Positions 16,723 to 27,182 of a DNA stretch of 64,000 nucleotides are shown here, one piece after another. Position 1 is the stretch's first letter, and each line of letters opens with the position of its first letter. The stretch is from Candidatus Methylomirabilota bacterium. GTDB lineage: Bacteria > Methylomirabilota > Methylomirabilia > Methylomirabilales > 2-02-FULL-66-22. The notes under the pieces were generated by a model. It saw only the letters and a list, made by a program, of their open reading frames with translations. It was not told the DNA's origin and did not search any database. Location of the stretch: assembly GCA_016209735.1 (NCBI GenBank), contig JACQVN010000009.1, positions 30,381 through 94,380 on the forward strand, read 5' to 3'. The position numbers were made by a program, and so were the translations under genes.

Positions 16723-17772
16723 GTGATTGAAGATATTGATCTTTTGTCGGGGAGACAGCGAAGCGTTCTGCGGGCCATTATTCAGGATTACATCCGGACG
16801 GCAGAACCGGTTGGCTCCCGGACGGTGGTAAAGCGGTACGGATTCTCGCTGAGTCCGGCCAGCATCCGGACTATCATGTCCGATTTGGAGGAGCTTGGCT
16901 ACGTGGCCCAGCCCCACACCTCGGCGGGGCGCATTCCCACGGATAAGGGGTATCGGGCTTTCGTGGATGCCCTCATGGAACGCGCCCCTCTGAGCCAGGA
17001 AGAGGTTGAGCGGATCGAGCAGGGGATGGCTCCCTCCACGGCGGATCCGGGGGATCTCTTGAAGGAGACGGGCAGGCTATTGGCCGCTCTGTCGGCCTAT
17101 GTTGCCGTGGCCCTGTCCCCGCGCTTTCAGACCATGCACTTCCGGCGGGTAGAATTGGTATCGCTCAGCCGGGAACGCGTCATGGTGATCCTCCTGGCGG
17201 ATTCGGGGTTGGTGCACCACAGGGCCGTGGCGGTTCGCGAGCCGATGAGCCAGGAGGATCTGGACCGCGGCGCCCGCTACCTCACGGAGTTGATGCGCGG
17301 CAAGACGCTGACCGAGGTGCGCGACCTCCTCATCGCCCAGATGGCCGAGGAGAAAGAGCAGTACGACCGGATGCTGGCAGAGGCATTGCGCCTTGGCGCC
17401 CAGGCCCTGGAGGGAGAGGCGGAAGCCGAGGTGGTGGTGACCGGCGCTGCCCACATCGCCGATCAGCCCGAGTTCGCCAACATCACCAAGATGAAGGCCC
17501 TCTTCTCCGCCTTCGAGGAGAAGTCGAAGCTCGTGCAGATCCTCAACGAGTGCCTGCGCGGGGAGGGCTGCCGGGTCTTCATCGGGCGCGAGCTGTCTCT
17601 CAGCGACATGCAGGACCTGAGCCTCATCGCCTCCCCGTATCGGCGCAAGGACCAGGTGCTGGGCGTGGTCGGGATCATGGGGCCGACCCGCATGGATTAC
17701 GGGCGGGCGCTGGCACTGGTGGAAACCACCGCCAGCCTGCTGACCCGAACGCTGACCGACCAAGCGGTTTAG
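16723..17772 (+). CDS. hrcA: Heat-inducible transcription repressor HrcA
   Basis: LSGRQRSVLRAIIQDYIRTAEPVGSRTVV...SPASIRTIMSDLEELGY...HTSAGRIPTDKGYR. GTG 16723 has a GGAG 7 nt upstream; the ORF track starts at TTG 16711, inside CIRCE. Confidence 0.9.
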   Translation: MIEDIDLLSGRQRSVLRAIIQDYIRTAEPVGSRTVVKRYGFSLSPASIRTIMSDLEELGYVAQPHTSAGRIPTDKGYRAFVDALMERAPLSQEEVERIEQGMAPSTADPGDLLKETGRLLAALSAYVAVALSPRFQTMHFRRVELVSLSRERVMVILLADSGLVHHRAVAVREPMSQEDLDRGARYLTELMRGKTLTEVRDLLIAQMAEEKEQYDRMLAEALRLGAQALEGEAEAEVVVTGAAHIADQPEFANITKMKALFSAFEEKSKLVQILNECLRGEGCRVFIGRELSLSDMQDLSLIASPYRRKDQVLGVVGIMGPTRMDYGRALALVETTASLLTRTLTDQAV

Positions 17773-17951
17773 TACTGCGTGGCACCAATAGGATGAGGCT
17801 TTCCCATCCGTTCGTGGTGAGCCTGTCGAACCATCCGCCGGTCCGCATCCCGCCGAGCGGGACGGACGCCTTCGGGGCGGCGGACCGTCATTGTCCCACA
17901 TCACGTGAACGGTACGAGGGCTAGACCCTCCCGTTCCGTCTGTCAGGAGCG

Positions 17952-18557
17952 ATGGAACCATATAGCGATTCGATCCCCGTCAAATCCGACACTGGGCCGG
18001 TGCAGCCCGGCGAAGCGGCCGCCACCGCTCCGGCTGCTTCTGGAGAGGCCCCGGCCGCCCCCCTGGAAGAGGCCCTGGCGGCCAAGGCCCTAGAGGTGGA
18101 GCGGCTGCAGGACCGCCTGCTGCGCCTTCAGGCCGAATTCGAGAATTACAAGCGGCGGACCGCCCGCGAGAAGGCGGAGTTCGTGAAGTTCGCCAACGAG
18201 GGGCTGCTGCTCAACGTCCTCCCCGTCCTCGACAGCCTGGAGCGTGCCCGCGCCTCGGCTCCAGCCGATCCGGCGATGCTCCCGTTCCTGGACGGGGTCG
18301 ACATGATCATCCGCCTGTTTCGGATGAGTTTGGAGAAGGTGGGAGTCACGCCCGTGGAGGCACTGGGCCAGCCCTTCGACCCCGATCTCCACCAGGCGGT
18401 GGCCCAGGTGGAAAGGCCGGACGGGGAGGACCATCAGGTCGTGGAAGTGGTGCAGCGCGGCTACCTCCTGGAGGGCCGCGTCCTGCGCCCGGCCATGGTC
18501 AAGGTGTCCCGCAAGCTGGCCGGGGTCGATCCGGCAGGTGAGGGCGAGCCGGCGTGA
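17952..18557 (+). CDS. grpE: Nucleotide exchange factor GrpE
   Basis: [18 protein letters not shown]..., [11 protein letters not shown] and the C-terminal ...[16 protein letters not shown]. Confidence 0.9.
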   Translation: MEPYSDSIPVKSDTGPVQPGEAAATAPAASGEAPAAPLEEALAAKALEVERLQDRLLRLQAEFENYKRRTAREKAEFVKFANEGLLLNVLPVLDSLERARASAPADPAMLPFLDGVDMIIRLFRMSLEKVGVTPVEALGQPFDPDLHQAVAQVERPDGEDHQVVEVVQRGYLLEGRVLRPAMVKVSRKLAGVDPAGEGEPA

Positions 18558-19663
18558 AGCAGAAGCGGGACTACTATCAGGTTCTCGGAGTCTCACGCGA
18601 GGCGACCCCTGAGGAGGTCAAGAAGGCCTACCGAAAGCTCGCCCACCAGTACCACCCGGACAAGAATCCCGGCGACCGGAACGCCGAGGAGCGCTTCAAG
18701 GACATCGGCGAGGCCTACGACGTCCTGAGCAATCCGGAGAAGCGGGAGGCCTACGACCGCTTCGGCACGGCCGGACCAGGGACGCGCTTCGAAGGCTTCG
18801 GCGATTTCGAGCCGGGATTCGGCAATATCTTCGACGACATCTTCGAAGGCTTCTTCGGTGGGCGCGCCGGACGCGGCGGGAGAACCAGCCACCGGGGCGC
18901 CGATCTCCGCTACAATCTGGAGATCGGGTTCGAGGAGGCGGCCACCGGCGTCGAGAAGGAGATCGTCATCCCGCGCCTGGAGCCGTGCGGCACCTGCCGG
19001 GGCAGCGGCGCTACGGCGGGGAGCCAGCCGGTGGTGTGCCGGGCCTGCCGCGGGACCGGCCAGGTCCGCTATTCCCAGGGCTTCCTGACCGTGAGTCAAA
19101 CCTGCGGCCAGTGCCGGGGAGAGGGGCGAACGATCGAGCATCCCTGCCAAGCCTGCCGCGGGCTCGGGCAGGTGAAGGCAGAGCGTACGCTCACGGTGAA
19201 GATTCCCGCGGGTGTCGAGACCGGAACGCGTCTCAGGCTGGGGGGCGAGGGCGAGGCCGGGGTGCGCGGGGGTCCGCCGGGCGACCTGTACGTGGTCGTG
19301 GCGGTGAAGGAACACCCCATCTTCGTTCGTCACGGTGACGACATCTACTGCGAGGTGCCGATCAATTTCACGCAAGCCGCCTTGGGGGCGCAAATCGAGA
19401 TTCCCACCATCGCGGCGCGGACGACCCTGAAGATCCCGGCAGGCTCGCAGACCGGAGCCGAGTTCCGAATGAAGGGGAAGGGCTTCCCGAATGCCCGCGG
19501 GTACGGGCAGGGGGATCTGGTCGCCCGGATCTTCGTTGAGGTTCCGACCCATCTCTCCGCCAAGCAGCGCGACCTGCTGGAGCAGTTCGCCCGACTCGAG
19601 GACGGGGCCGGCAGCCCGCTGGTCCAGGGGTTCTGGGACAAGGTCAAGTCTCTGTTCAACTGA
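18554..19663 (+). CDS. dnaJ: Molecular chaperone DnaJ
   Basis: J domain DYYQVLGV...YHPDKNP, a G/F region, and four CxxCxGxG zinc motifs ([32 protein letters not shown]). Confidence 0.95.
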   Translation: MKQKRDYYQVLGVSREATPEEVKKAYRKLAHQYHPDKNPGDRNAEERFKDIGEAYDVLSNPEKREAYDRFGTAGPGTRFEGFGDFEPGFGNIFDDIFEGFFGGRAGRGGRTSHRGADLRYNLEIGFEEAATGVEKEIVIPRLEPCGTCRGSGATAGSQPVVCRACRGTGQVRYSQGFLTVSQTCGQCRGEGRTIEHPCQACRGLGQVKAERTLTVKIPAGVETGTRLRLGGEGEAGVRGGPPGDLYVVVAVKEHPIFVRHGDDIYCEVPINFTQAALGAQIEIPTIAARTTLKIPAGSQTGAEFRMKGKGFPNARGYGQGDLVARIFVEVPTHLSAKQRDLLEQFARLEDGAGSPLVQGFWDKVKSLFN

Positions 19664-19664
19664 C

Positions 19665-19700
19665 CTGGATTCTTCACGGACAAGACCGTGAAGAATCCAG
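19665..19700 (+). terminator. Strong hairpin after dnaJ (15-bp stem; no clear U tract)
   Basis: CTGGATTCTTCACGG-acaaga-CCGTGAAGAATCCAG. Confidence 0.5.
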
Positions 19701-19784
19701 AATTATCATACCAATTTCACGTTCCGAGCCTTGGAGACCTTTGGCCACAAGATGTCTTGGTCACTTTGCCCACCCGCGCCGCAT

Positions 19785-19840
19785 GAAAATCCCCCCTCGC
19801 CCCCGCGCCGGGGGAGAGGGCCAGGCTGAGGGGGATTTTC
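19785..19840. repeat. GAAAATCCCCCTC...GAGGGGGATTTTC palindromic repeat
   Basis: Inverted 13-mers flank gcccccgcgccgggggagagggccaggct. Related to 35948-36023. Confidence 0.65.
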
Positions 19841-20043
19841 TGAGCAGATGCACAAGAGGCGCGAATGTTCCGGAGTCACGAACTCATGGGGAAACACGGG
19901 TCTGAGCCCAGCGACTCCTTGTGCCTCTCTTGTGCTTTTTGTGGCTAATCCCGTTCCCAGCGGTGCCCAGGTGTCTTGGCGGTTAAGAGTTTTGGGTGGA
20001 GGTTAGGTCGCGATCCCCCCGGATCGCGATCCGGTAAAGGCGG

Positions 20044-20811
20044 ATGGGCCGGACGCACCACCACCGTTTCTTCGTTCCCCCGGCGGAGATCCGGGACGGC
20101 CTGGTGAGGTTCTCCCCGGCGCAGACGCACCAGATCGCGCGGGTCCTCCGCCTCCGTCCGGGAGATCCCGTGCAGGTCTTCGACGGGACGGGACGGGAGC
20201 TGTCGGGGGAGCTGGTGACGGTGGCGCCCATGCAGACCGCCGCCCGCGTGAAAGCGATGAGCCGGCGGCCGACCCAGAGGGTGCGCATCAGCCTGGCTCA
20301 GGTGGTGCCGCGAGGGCTCCACATGGACCTGATCGTGGCGAAGGCCACGGAGCTGGGCGTCGGCCGGATCGTGCTCCTGGAGAGCGGGCACAGCGTCCGC
20401 CGGGGGACGGAGGGCCTGGCGCGCTGGTGGAGAATCGCCGTCGAGGCCGCGGAGCAGAGCGGGCGCGGCGAGGTGCCGGAACTGGTGAGCCTGGGCGCGC
20501 TGGACGGCTTCCTGGCCGGCCACCCCCCGAACGAGCCGCTGATCCTCTGCCACGACGGGAGCGGGGCGGCTCCTCTCTCCGAGTTGTGCACGAGCTTCAC
20601 AGGGGTCAGCGCCCTCAGCCTGCTGGTCGGAGGCGAAGGGGGCTTCAGCCCGGACGAGGTGGCCCGTTGCCGGGCGGCGGGAAGCTGTCTGGCCTGGCTG
20701 GGGCCGCGCCGGCTCCGCGCTGAGACGGCGGCCCTGGCGGCACTGGCCGTCGTGCAGGCCTCCCTGGGGGATTGGCGGCGGCCGGACGAGCAGCAGGCAG
20801 CAGGCAGCTAG
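20044..20811 (+). CDS. rsmE: 16S rRNA (uracil1498-N3)-methyltransferase RsmE
   Basis: HRFFVPP...L..Q.HQIARVLRLRPGD.V.VFDG, and the C-terminal LLVGGEGGFSPDEV...LGPRRLRAETAALAAL. Confidence 0.85.
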   Translation: MGRTHHHRFFVPPAEIRDGLVRFSPAQTHQIARVLRLRPGDPVQVFDGTGRELSGELVTVAPMQTAARVKAMSRRPTQRVRISLAQVVPRGLHMDLIVAKATELGVGRIVLLESGHSVRRGTEGLARWWRIAVEAAEQSGRGEVPELVSLGALDGFLAGHPPNEPLILCHDGSGAAPLSELCTSFTGVSALSLLVGGEGGFSPDEVARCRAAGSCLAWLGPRRLRAETAALAALAVVQASLGDWRRPDEQQAAGS

Positions 20812-20841
20812 CAGCGGGCACAGGGCACAGGGCAGTGGTCG

Positions 20842-20872
20842 GGTGTAGGGGCGGCCCTATGTGGCCGACCGG
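20842..20872 (+). repeat. GTAG-REP hairpin, copy 4
   Basis: GGTGTAGGGGCGGCCCTATGTGGCCGACCGG. Confidence 0.8.
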
Positions 20873-20910
20873 GCAGAGGTCCAAGGTCAGAGGGCACAGG
20901 GCAGGGATTG

Positions 20911-20942
20911 GGTGTAGGGGCGGCCCCATGTGGCCGGCCCGG
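20911..20942 (+). repeat. GTAG-REP hairpin, copy 5
   Basis: GGTGTAGGGGCGGCCCCATGTGGCCGGCCCGG. Confidence 0.8.
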
Positions 20943-21329
20943 CGGGCGAGCTGGCAGCTGGCAACGGGCCGAGCCGCAGCGGGCAGGGGAACAGACCATG
21001 GACCGTGGACCATGGACCGTGGACCATGGACGATGGACCGTGGACCATGGACCACGGGAGAGCAGGGGAGCAGAGGAGCGGGGGGCCGAGGGGCGTAGCG
21101 CACAGGGCAGCGGGCAGAAAGCAGAAGGCAGCGGGCGACAGGTGATCCGGAGGCGGTGACGCGTAGCACGTAACGCGTAAGACGTAAAGCGTGAAACGTG
21201 AAACGTAATACGTAAAACGTAAATCGTAAAACGTGAGAGGCAGCGATGCTTCCTGCGGGTGTTCGTTCGCTGCCTGCTGCCCGCTGTATCGTGCTGCCGG
21301 CTGCCTGCTGATTTCCGCTGGGAGAACGG

Positions 21330-22445
21330 ATGCCGAGCATCTTGATCGTGGACGACGAAGAAGGCCTCCTGAACTCCCTGGCGGCGGCCTTCCGCTTCCA
21401 GGGCTATCGAGTGGAGGCCGCGGAGACGGCGCAGGCCGCCCTGGAGGTGCTGGGACGGGAACCCTTCGACGTTCTCTTGACGGACGTGGTCATGCCGGGC
21501 ATGGACGGCCTGGCGCTCATGGAGCGCAGCCAGTCCCGCTTCCCCCGCATGCCTGTGGTCCTGATGACCGGCGGCACCACAGTGGAGACGGCCGTCCAGG
21601 CCTTGAAGGGCGGGGCCGCGGATTACGTCCTCAAGCCGTTCACCCTCACGGAGATCTTCCATGTCGTCGAGCAGGCCCTGGAGCAGGACCGCCTGCGACG
21701 GGAAAACCTGGAGCTCAGTGAGCTGAACCGCCGCCTAGGGGAGCTGGACCAGGTCAAGTCGAACCTCCTGTCGGCGATGACGCACGAGTTTCGCACCCCC
21801 TTGACCGTCATCCAGGGCTGGCTGGACCATCTCATGGGGGCCGAGGCCGAGGCGCTGACCCAGGGGCAGCGGGAGAGCCTGACCGCCATCCGCCAGAGCG
21901 TGCTCCGGCTGAGCCGGCTCATCGCCAACCTGCTGGCCTTGGTGGAGAGCCATGCCGGGCAGGGAACCGAGGGGGCCGGCCCGGTCAGCCTCTGGGAGCT
22001 CCTGCGGTCCGCCGCGGAGTTGGTCTCCGCCGAAGCCGCGAAGCGCGGCGTGGCGGTTTCCATCGGCGAGGCGGAGGGGATGTACGCGGTGGTCGGTGAC
22101 GGGGCGCGGCTCGGCCTCCTCTTCCTGAACCTGCTGGAGAACGCGGTCAAGTTCAGCGAACGGGGCGGAGCCGTCCGGGTCGCCGTCTCGAAGAGCGAGC
22201 GGGAGCTGGAGGCCTGCATCACCAACACCTCGGGCGAGATCCCGGCGGACCAGATCCCGCGCCTCCTCCAGCCTTTCACCCAAGGAGATATGGGGCTCAC
22301 GCGGGCCGCGGGGGGCCTGGGTCTGGGTCTGGCCGTGGTGCGCGCCATTGTGCACCGTCACGGCGGGGCGCTCTTCGTCGAGACGGGAAAGGGGCGGGGG
22401 ACCACGGTCCGGGTGCGCCTCCCGAGGGCGCCCCGGGAGGGATGA
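21330..22445 (+). CDS. Hybrid response regulator / histidine kinase (REC-HisKA-HATPase_c)
   Basis: N-terminal ILIVDDEE...LLTDVVMPGMDG...LKPF. H-box SAMTHEFRTPLT. N, G1 and G2 boxes LLENAVKF, ...GLGLGLAVVRAIV. Confidence 0.85.
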   Translation: MPSILIVDDEEGLLNSLAAAFRFQGYRVEAAETAQAALEVLGREPFDVLLTDVVMPGMDGLALMERSQSRFPRMPVVLMTGGTTVETAVQALKGGAADYVLKPFTLTEIFHVVEQALEQDRLRRENLELSELNRRLGELDQVKSNLLSAMTHEFRTPLTVIQGWLDHLMGAEAEALTQGQRESLTAIRQSVLRLSRLIANLLALVESHAGQGTEGAGPVSLWELLRSAAELVSAEAAKRGVAVSIGEAEGMYAVVGDGARLGLLFLNLLENAVKFSERGGAVRVAVSKSERELEACITNTSGEIPADQIPRLLQPFTQGDMGLTRAAGGLGLGLAVVRAIVHRHGGALFVETGKGRGTTVRVRLPRAPREG

Positions 22446-23362
22446 CCGTGCCCCCGGCTTCCCGACTCGTGCTGGTGGACGGGACCGGCTCGGCCTACCG
22501 GGCCTTTTACGCCCTTCCGCCCCTGACAGCGTCGTCGGGAGTTCCGACCAATGCGGTGTTGGGGTTCGCCACCATGCTCCTCAAGCTTCTTCGGGAGGAG
22601 GCGCCGGAGGCGGTGGCCGTGGCCTTCGATGGCCCCGGCCCGACCACCCGCCACCGGGAGTTCGCGGCCTACAAGGCCAATCGTCCGGAGACGCCGGTGG
22701 CTTTGGTGGAGCAACTGCCCTACATCCTCCGCTTCCTGGAAGGGCTGCGCATCCCTGCCCTGCGCCTCCCGGGGGAGGAGGCGGACGACATCCTGGGCAG
22801 CGTGGCCGTCCAGGCCGCAGCCCAGGGAGTCCTCGTCACGCTGATCACCGGCGACAAGGACCTCCTGCAGTTGGTGGGCGAGCAGGTAACGGTGCGCGAT
22901 CCGGTCAAGGGTCGGCGCACCGGCCCGGCCGAGGTGCGGGAGAAGTTCGGCGTGCCTCCTGCGGGAGTCCCGGACTTCCTGGCCCTGATGGGGGACAGTG
23001 TGGACAACATCCCGGGGGTGCCGGGGGTCGGGGAGAAGACCGCTCGGGAGCTCCTGGAGCGGTTCGGGAGCCTGGAGGCCGTGCTGGACCGCGCCGCGGA
23101 GATCCCGAAGGCCAAGCTCCGCGAAGCCATTCGCTCCCACGCGGAGCAGGCCCGCCTCAGCAAGCGGCTGGCAGTGATCCGGACCGACTTGCCCTTGCCC
23201 TGGTCGCTGGCCGACTTCGCCCGCCGCGATCCGGACACCGGCCTCGTCCTGGACCTCTGCCGGGAGCTCACGCTCACGCGGCTGGCGGCGCAGTTCGTCC
23301 AGCCCTCGCTGGAGGAGGGGCGGCCAGCAAGCGGTCCGCCTTCTGCGGGGGGAAGCCCATGA
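22442..23362 (+). CDS. Stand-alone 5'-3' exonuclease (Pol I N-terminal-domain-like, FEN family)
   Basis: LVLVDG...YRAFYA, AFD....FRHE.F..YKA.R, GEEADD, TGDKDLLQLV, and the H3TH motif GDSVDNIPGVPGVGEKTA. Confidence 0.85.
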   Translation: MTVPPASRLVLVDGTGSAYRAFYALPPLTASSGVPTNAVLGFATMLLKLLREEAPEAVAVAFDGPGPTTRHREFAAYKANRPETPVALVEQLPYILRFLEGLRIPALRLPGEEADDILGSVAVQAAAQGVLVTLITGDKDLLQLVGEQVTVRDPVKGRRTGPAEVREKFGVPPAGVPDFLALMGDSVDNIPGVPGVGEKTARELLERFGSLEAVLDRAAEIPKAKLREAIRSHAEQARLSKRLAVIRTDLPLPWSLADFARRDPDTGLVLDLCRELTLTRLAAQFVQPSLEEGRPASGPPSAGGSP

Positions 23363-23991
23363 TCGTGGTCGGCCTCACCGGGGGCATCGCCACGGGGAAG
23401 TCCACGGTCGCCGCCATGCTCGCCGCCCGCGGTGCGGCCGTGGTGGACGCGGATCGGATCGCCCGCACGCTCCAGGAGCCCGGACAGCCTTGCCTCCGAC
23501 AGATAGTGGAGGCCTTCGGGACGGAGGTGGTGGGCGCCGACGGCCGGTTGGATCGCTTACGGCTGGCAGGCCTGGTCTTCGGCGACGCGGCTGCCCGGCG
23601 GCGACTGGAGGCCATCATGCACCCCGCCATCCGCCAGACGGTGTCCGCCGAGCTATGGCGGGCCGAGGCGGCGGGCGCGTCCGTCGGCGTGGTCGAGGCC
23701 GCGCTAATCCTGGAAGCAGGCCAGCGGGAGCGCTACGATTGCCTGGTGGTGGTGGCCGCGCCGGCCGAGGTGCAATTGGAGCGCCTGATGCGGCAGCGGG
23801 GCCTGGGGGAGGCGGAGGCGCGTCGGCGCATCGCGGCCCAGTGGACGACCGAGAGGAAGGCCGCCCTGGCCGATTATGTCATCGACAACGGCGGGGAGCC
23901 AGCGGCGACTGCTGCCCAGGTGGACGCCCTCCTGGCGGCGCTGGCCGGGCGGATGTCCGCCCCCGCCGACGGCGGGGCAAAAAGGGCTTGA
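23359..23991 (+). CDS. coaE: Dephospho-CoA kinase
   Basis: MIVVGLTGGIATGKSTV P-loop and DADRIAR. ATGA overlap with the upstream stop. Confidence 0.9.
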   Translation: MIVVGLTGGIATGKSTVAAMLAARGAAVVDADRIARTLQEPGQPCLRQIVEAFGTEVVGADGRLDRLRLAGLVFGDAAARRRLEAIMHPAIRQTVSAELWRAEAAGASVGVVEAALILEAGQRERYDCLVVVAAPAEVQLERLMRQRGLGEAEARRRIAAQWTTERKAALADYVIDNGGEPAATAAQVDALLAALAGRMSAPADGGAKRA

Positions 23992-24016
23992 CAACGAGTG
24001 GAGCCCTCTTTATGCT
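23988..24016 (+). promoter_or_regulatory. Candidate sigma-70 promoter upstream of rho (TTGACA-17 nt-TATGCT), giving a leader of about 215 nt
   Basis: The -35 is at 23988-23993 and the -10 at 24011-24016. Confidence 0.4.
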
Positions 24017-24231
24017 TTCCCCAACTTCGAGACGTCCTCGCATCACCCCACTGACGGTTTCCACTCTAGAGGCTTCGAAGGTCAAGAATAGCCGCAACAG
24101 TGTCGGTGCCCAGTCGTGAGTTTTGGACCGTCCGACAATCATTCGTGCATCCCATGACGTGCGGCCCCCGGCGGTTTCCCGGCGCGGGCCGGGGCCGGTG
24201 GGTCGCCTCTCAACCCTTAGAGTAGCCGAGG

Positions 24232-25563
24232 ATGGTTATGCCAGCCAATGGTGCGGAAAAGCCCTCCCGTGTCGTGCGCGAGCGTGAACAGCCGGAGGCC
24301 TCCTCCGGGTCGGCCATGAATCTGGCCGAGCTGAAAGAGAAGACCATCGCCGAGCTGAATGCCATTTCCAGGAACCTGGGCCTCACCGGCATGAGCGGCC
24401 TCCGGAAGCAAGAGGTCATCTTCAAGATCCTGGAGGGTCAGACCGAGAAGAACGGCCTGATCTTCGCCGAGGGGGTGCTGGAGATCCTGCCGGACGGCTT
24501 CGGGTTCCTGCGGGCCCCGAACTACAACTACCTGCCGGGCCCGGACGACATCTACGTCTCCCCGTCCCAGATCCGCCGGTTCGATCTGCGGACCGGCGAC
24601 ACGGTGTCGGGGCAGGTGCGACCGCCCAAGGAAGGGGAGCGTTACTTCGCCTTGCTCAAGGTGGAGGCGGTCAACTTCGAAAACCCGGAGTTGATCAAGG
24701 ACAAGGTCCTCTTCGACAATCTGACGCCGCTCTTCCCCAACCAGCGGTTCCACCTGGAGACCGCGGGGGACGAGATCTCCATGCGCATCATGGACCTCAT
24801 CACCCCCCTGGGGAAAGGGCAGCGCGGCCTCATCGTCTCGCCCCCCCGGACCGGAAAGACGGTGCTCCTGCAGAAGATCGCCAACAGCATCACCCGGAAC
24901 CACCCGGAAGTGATCCTGATCGTGCTCCTGATCGACGAGCGGCCGGAAGAGGTGACCGACTTCCAGCGCTCGGTCAAGGCGGAAGTGGTCAGCTCCACCT
25001 TCGACGAGCCGGCCACCCGCCACGTGCAGGTCGCCGAGATGGTCATCGAGAAGGCCAAGCGACTGACCGAGCACAAGCGGGACGTGGTCATCCTCCTGGA
25101 TTCCATCACCCGCTTGGGCCGGGCCTACAACACCATCGTTCCCCCCAGCGGCAAGGTCCTCTCGGGCGGCGTGGACAGCAACGCCCTGCAGCGGCCCAAG
25201 CGCTTCTTCGGGGCGGCGCGGAATATCGAGGAGGGCGGGAGCTTGACCATCATTGCCACCGCCCTGATCGATACCGGCAGCCGGATGGACGACGTGATCT
25301 TCGAGGAGTTCGAGGGCACCGGCAACATGGAACTCCACCTCGACCGGCGGCTGGTGGACAAGCGCCTCTTCCCGGCCATCGACATCTTCCGCTCCGGCAC
25401 CCGGCGGGAGGAGCTGCTGCTGAGCTCGACCGAGTTGAACAAGATGTGGGTTCTGCGCAAGGTCCTGGGGACCATGGGGGTGGTCGAGGCCATGGAGCTT
25501 TTGCAGGAGAAGATGAAAGAGACCAAGAGCAACGAGGACTTTCTGCGCGCCATGAACCAGTAG
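24232..25563 (+). CDS. rho: Transcription termination factor Rho
   Basis: N-terminal [15 protein letters not shown]-like GFGFLR, Walker [17 protein letters not shown] and the C-terminal [11 protein letters not shown]. Start could be ATG 24238 or 24316. Confidence 0.95.
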   Translation: MVMPANGAEKPSRVVREREQPEASSGSAMNLAELKEKTIAELNAISRNLGLTGMSGLRKQEVIFKILEGQTEKNGLIFAEGVLEILPDGFGFLRAPNYNYLPGPDDIYVSPSQIRRFDLRTGDTVSGQVRPPKEGERYFALLKVEAVNFENPELIKDKVLFDNLTPLFPNQRFHLETAGDEISMRIMDLITPLGKGQRGLIVSPPRTGKTVLLQKIANSITRNHPEVILIVLLIDERPEEVTDFQRSVKAEVVSSTFDEPATRHVQVAEMVIEKAKRLTEHKRDVVILLDSITRLGRAYNTIVPPSGKVLSGGVDSNALQRPKRFFGAARNIEEGGSLTIIATALIDTGSRMDDVIFEEFEGTGNMELHLDRRLVDKRLFPAIDIFRSGTRREELLLSSTELNKMWVLRKVLGTMGVVEAMELLQEKMKETKSNEDFLRAMNQ

Positions 25564-25668
25564 GTCCGCACCCCGGGCGCCGGCGGTGGTCCGCAGTTTT
25601 CTGTTGTGGGTTCCGGCCTGCTTGGCTATTATTTCCGGCTGATACCGTTGCATCATCGGAGGGCATCC

Positions 25669-25902
25669 ATGAAATCGGGAATCCACCCGCAGTACGGTCC
25701 GGCCACCGTCAGTTGCGCGTGCGGCGAGACGTTCCTCACCCGCTCGACGCTCCCGGTCCTCAAGGTCGAGATCTGCTCCAAGTGTCACCCGCTGTTCACC
25801 GGGCGCCAGAAGCTGATCGATCCCGAAGGTCGTGTCGAGCGGTTCCAGCGGAAGTATGGGCGAAAGCCACTGGTGACCGGCCCGACGCCGACCCAAGGGT
25901 AA
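25669..25902 (+). CDS. rpmE: 50S ribosomal protein L31
   Basis: MKSGIHPQY....V.CACG..F.T.ST......[21 protein letters not shown] upstream. Confidence 0.9.
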   Translation: MKSGIHPQYGPATVSCACGETFLTRSTLPVLKVEICSKCHPLFTGRQKLIDPEGRVERFQRKYGRKPLVTGPTPTQG

Positions 25903-26105
25903 GCCGTAAGGGTCCACCCCCGCGCGGCGGCGTGGGGGTGGATCGGGAACACGCCAAGATGGTTGCCTCTGCCCTCGCCGTCGTCCTGCCCCGCCATCCC
26001 GCGCACCCCGACCCGGCCGCGCGCCGTCACCACCATTAGCGCGCAGGCTAAAGCGTCCCGTCTCTCGTCCGGCCGACTCCGTTCCCTGTATCGAAGGGTA
26101 GACCG

Positions 26106-27178
<1,073 letters not shown>

Positions 27179-27182
<4 letters not shown>

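Larger units (their letters stand above)
20812..21329. repeat. Composite repeat spacer
   Basis: GCACAGGG units, two GTAG-REPs, (GGACCRT)n at 20995-21056, (ACGTRA)n at 21160-21235, and a terminal TTCGTTCGCTGCCTGCTGC...GAACGG module abutting the next start codon. All units read directly. The terminal module is shared with 35170-35232. Confidence 0.85.

Noticed and set aside
22348-23358. Upstream 337 codons of the 547-aa ORF that ends as coaE. The same situation applies to 26540-27178 ahead of prmC, 36530-37147 ahead of hisF, 42678-42941 ahead of dnaG, and 15545-15883 ahead of lepB.
   Set aside because: These stretches overlap well-supported genes in another frame and have Arg/Gly/Pro-rich nonsense composition. 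The conserved N-termini of the real proteins begin at internal ATGs that overlap the preceding stop codons.
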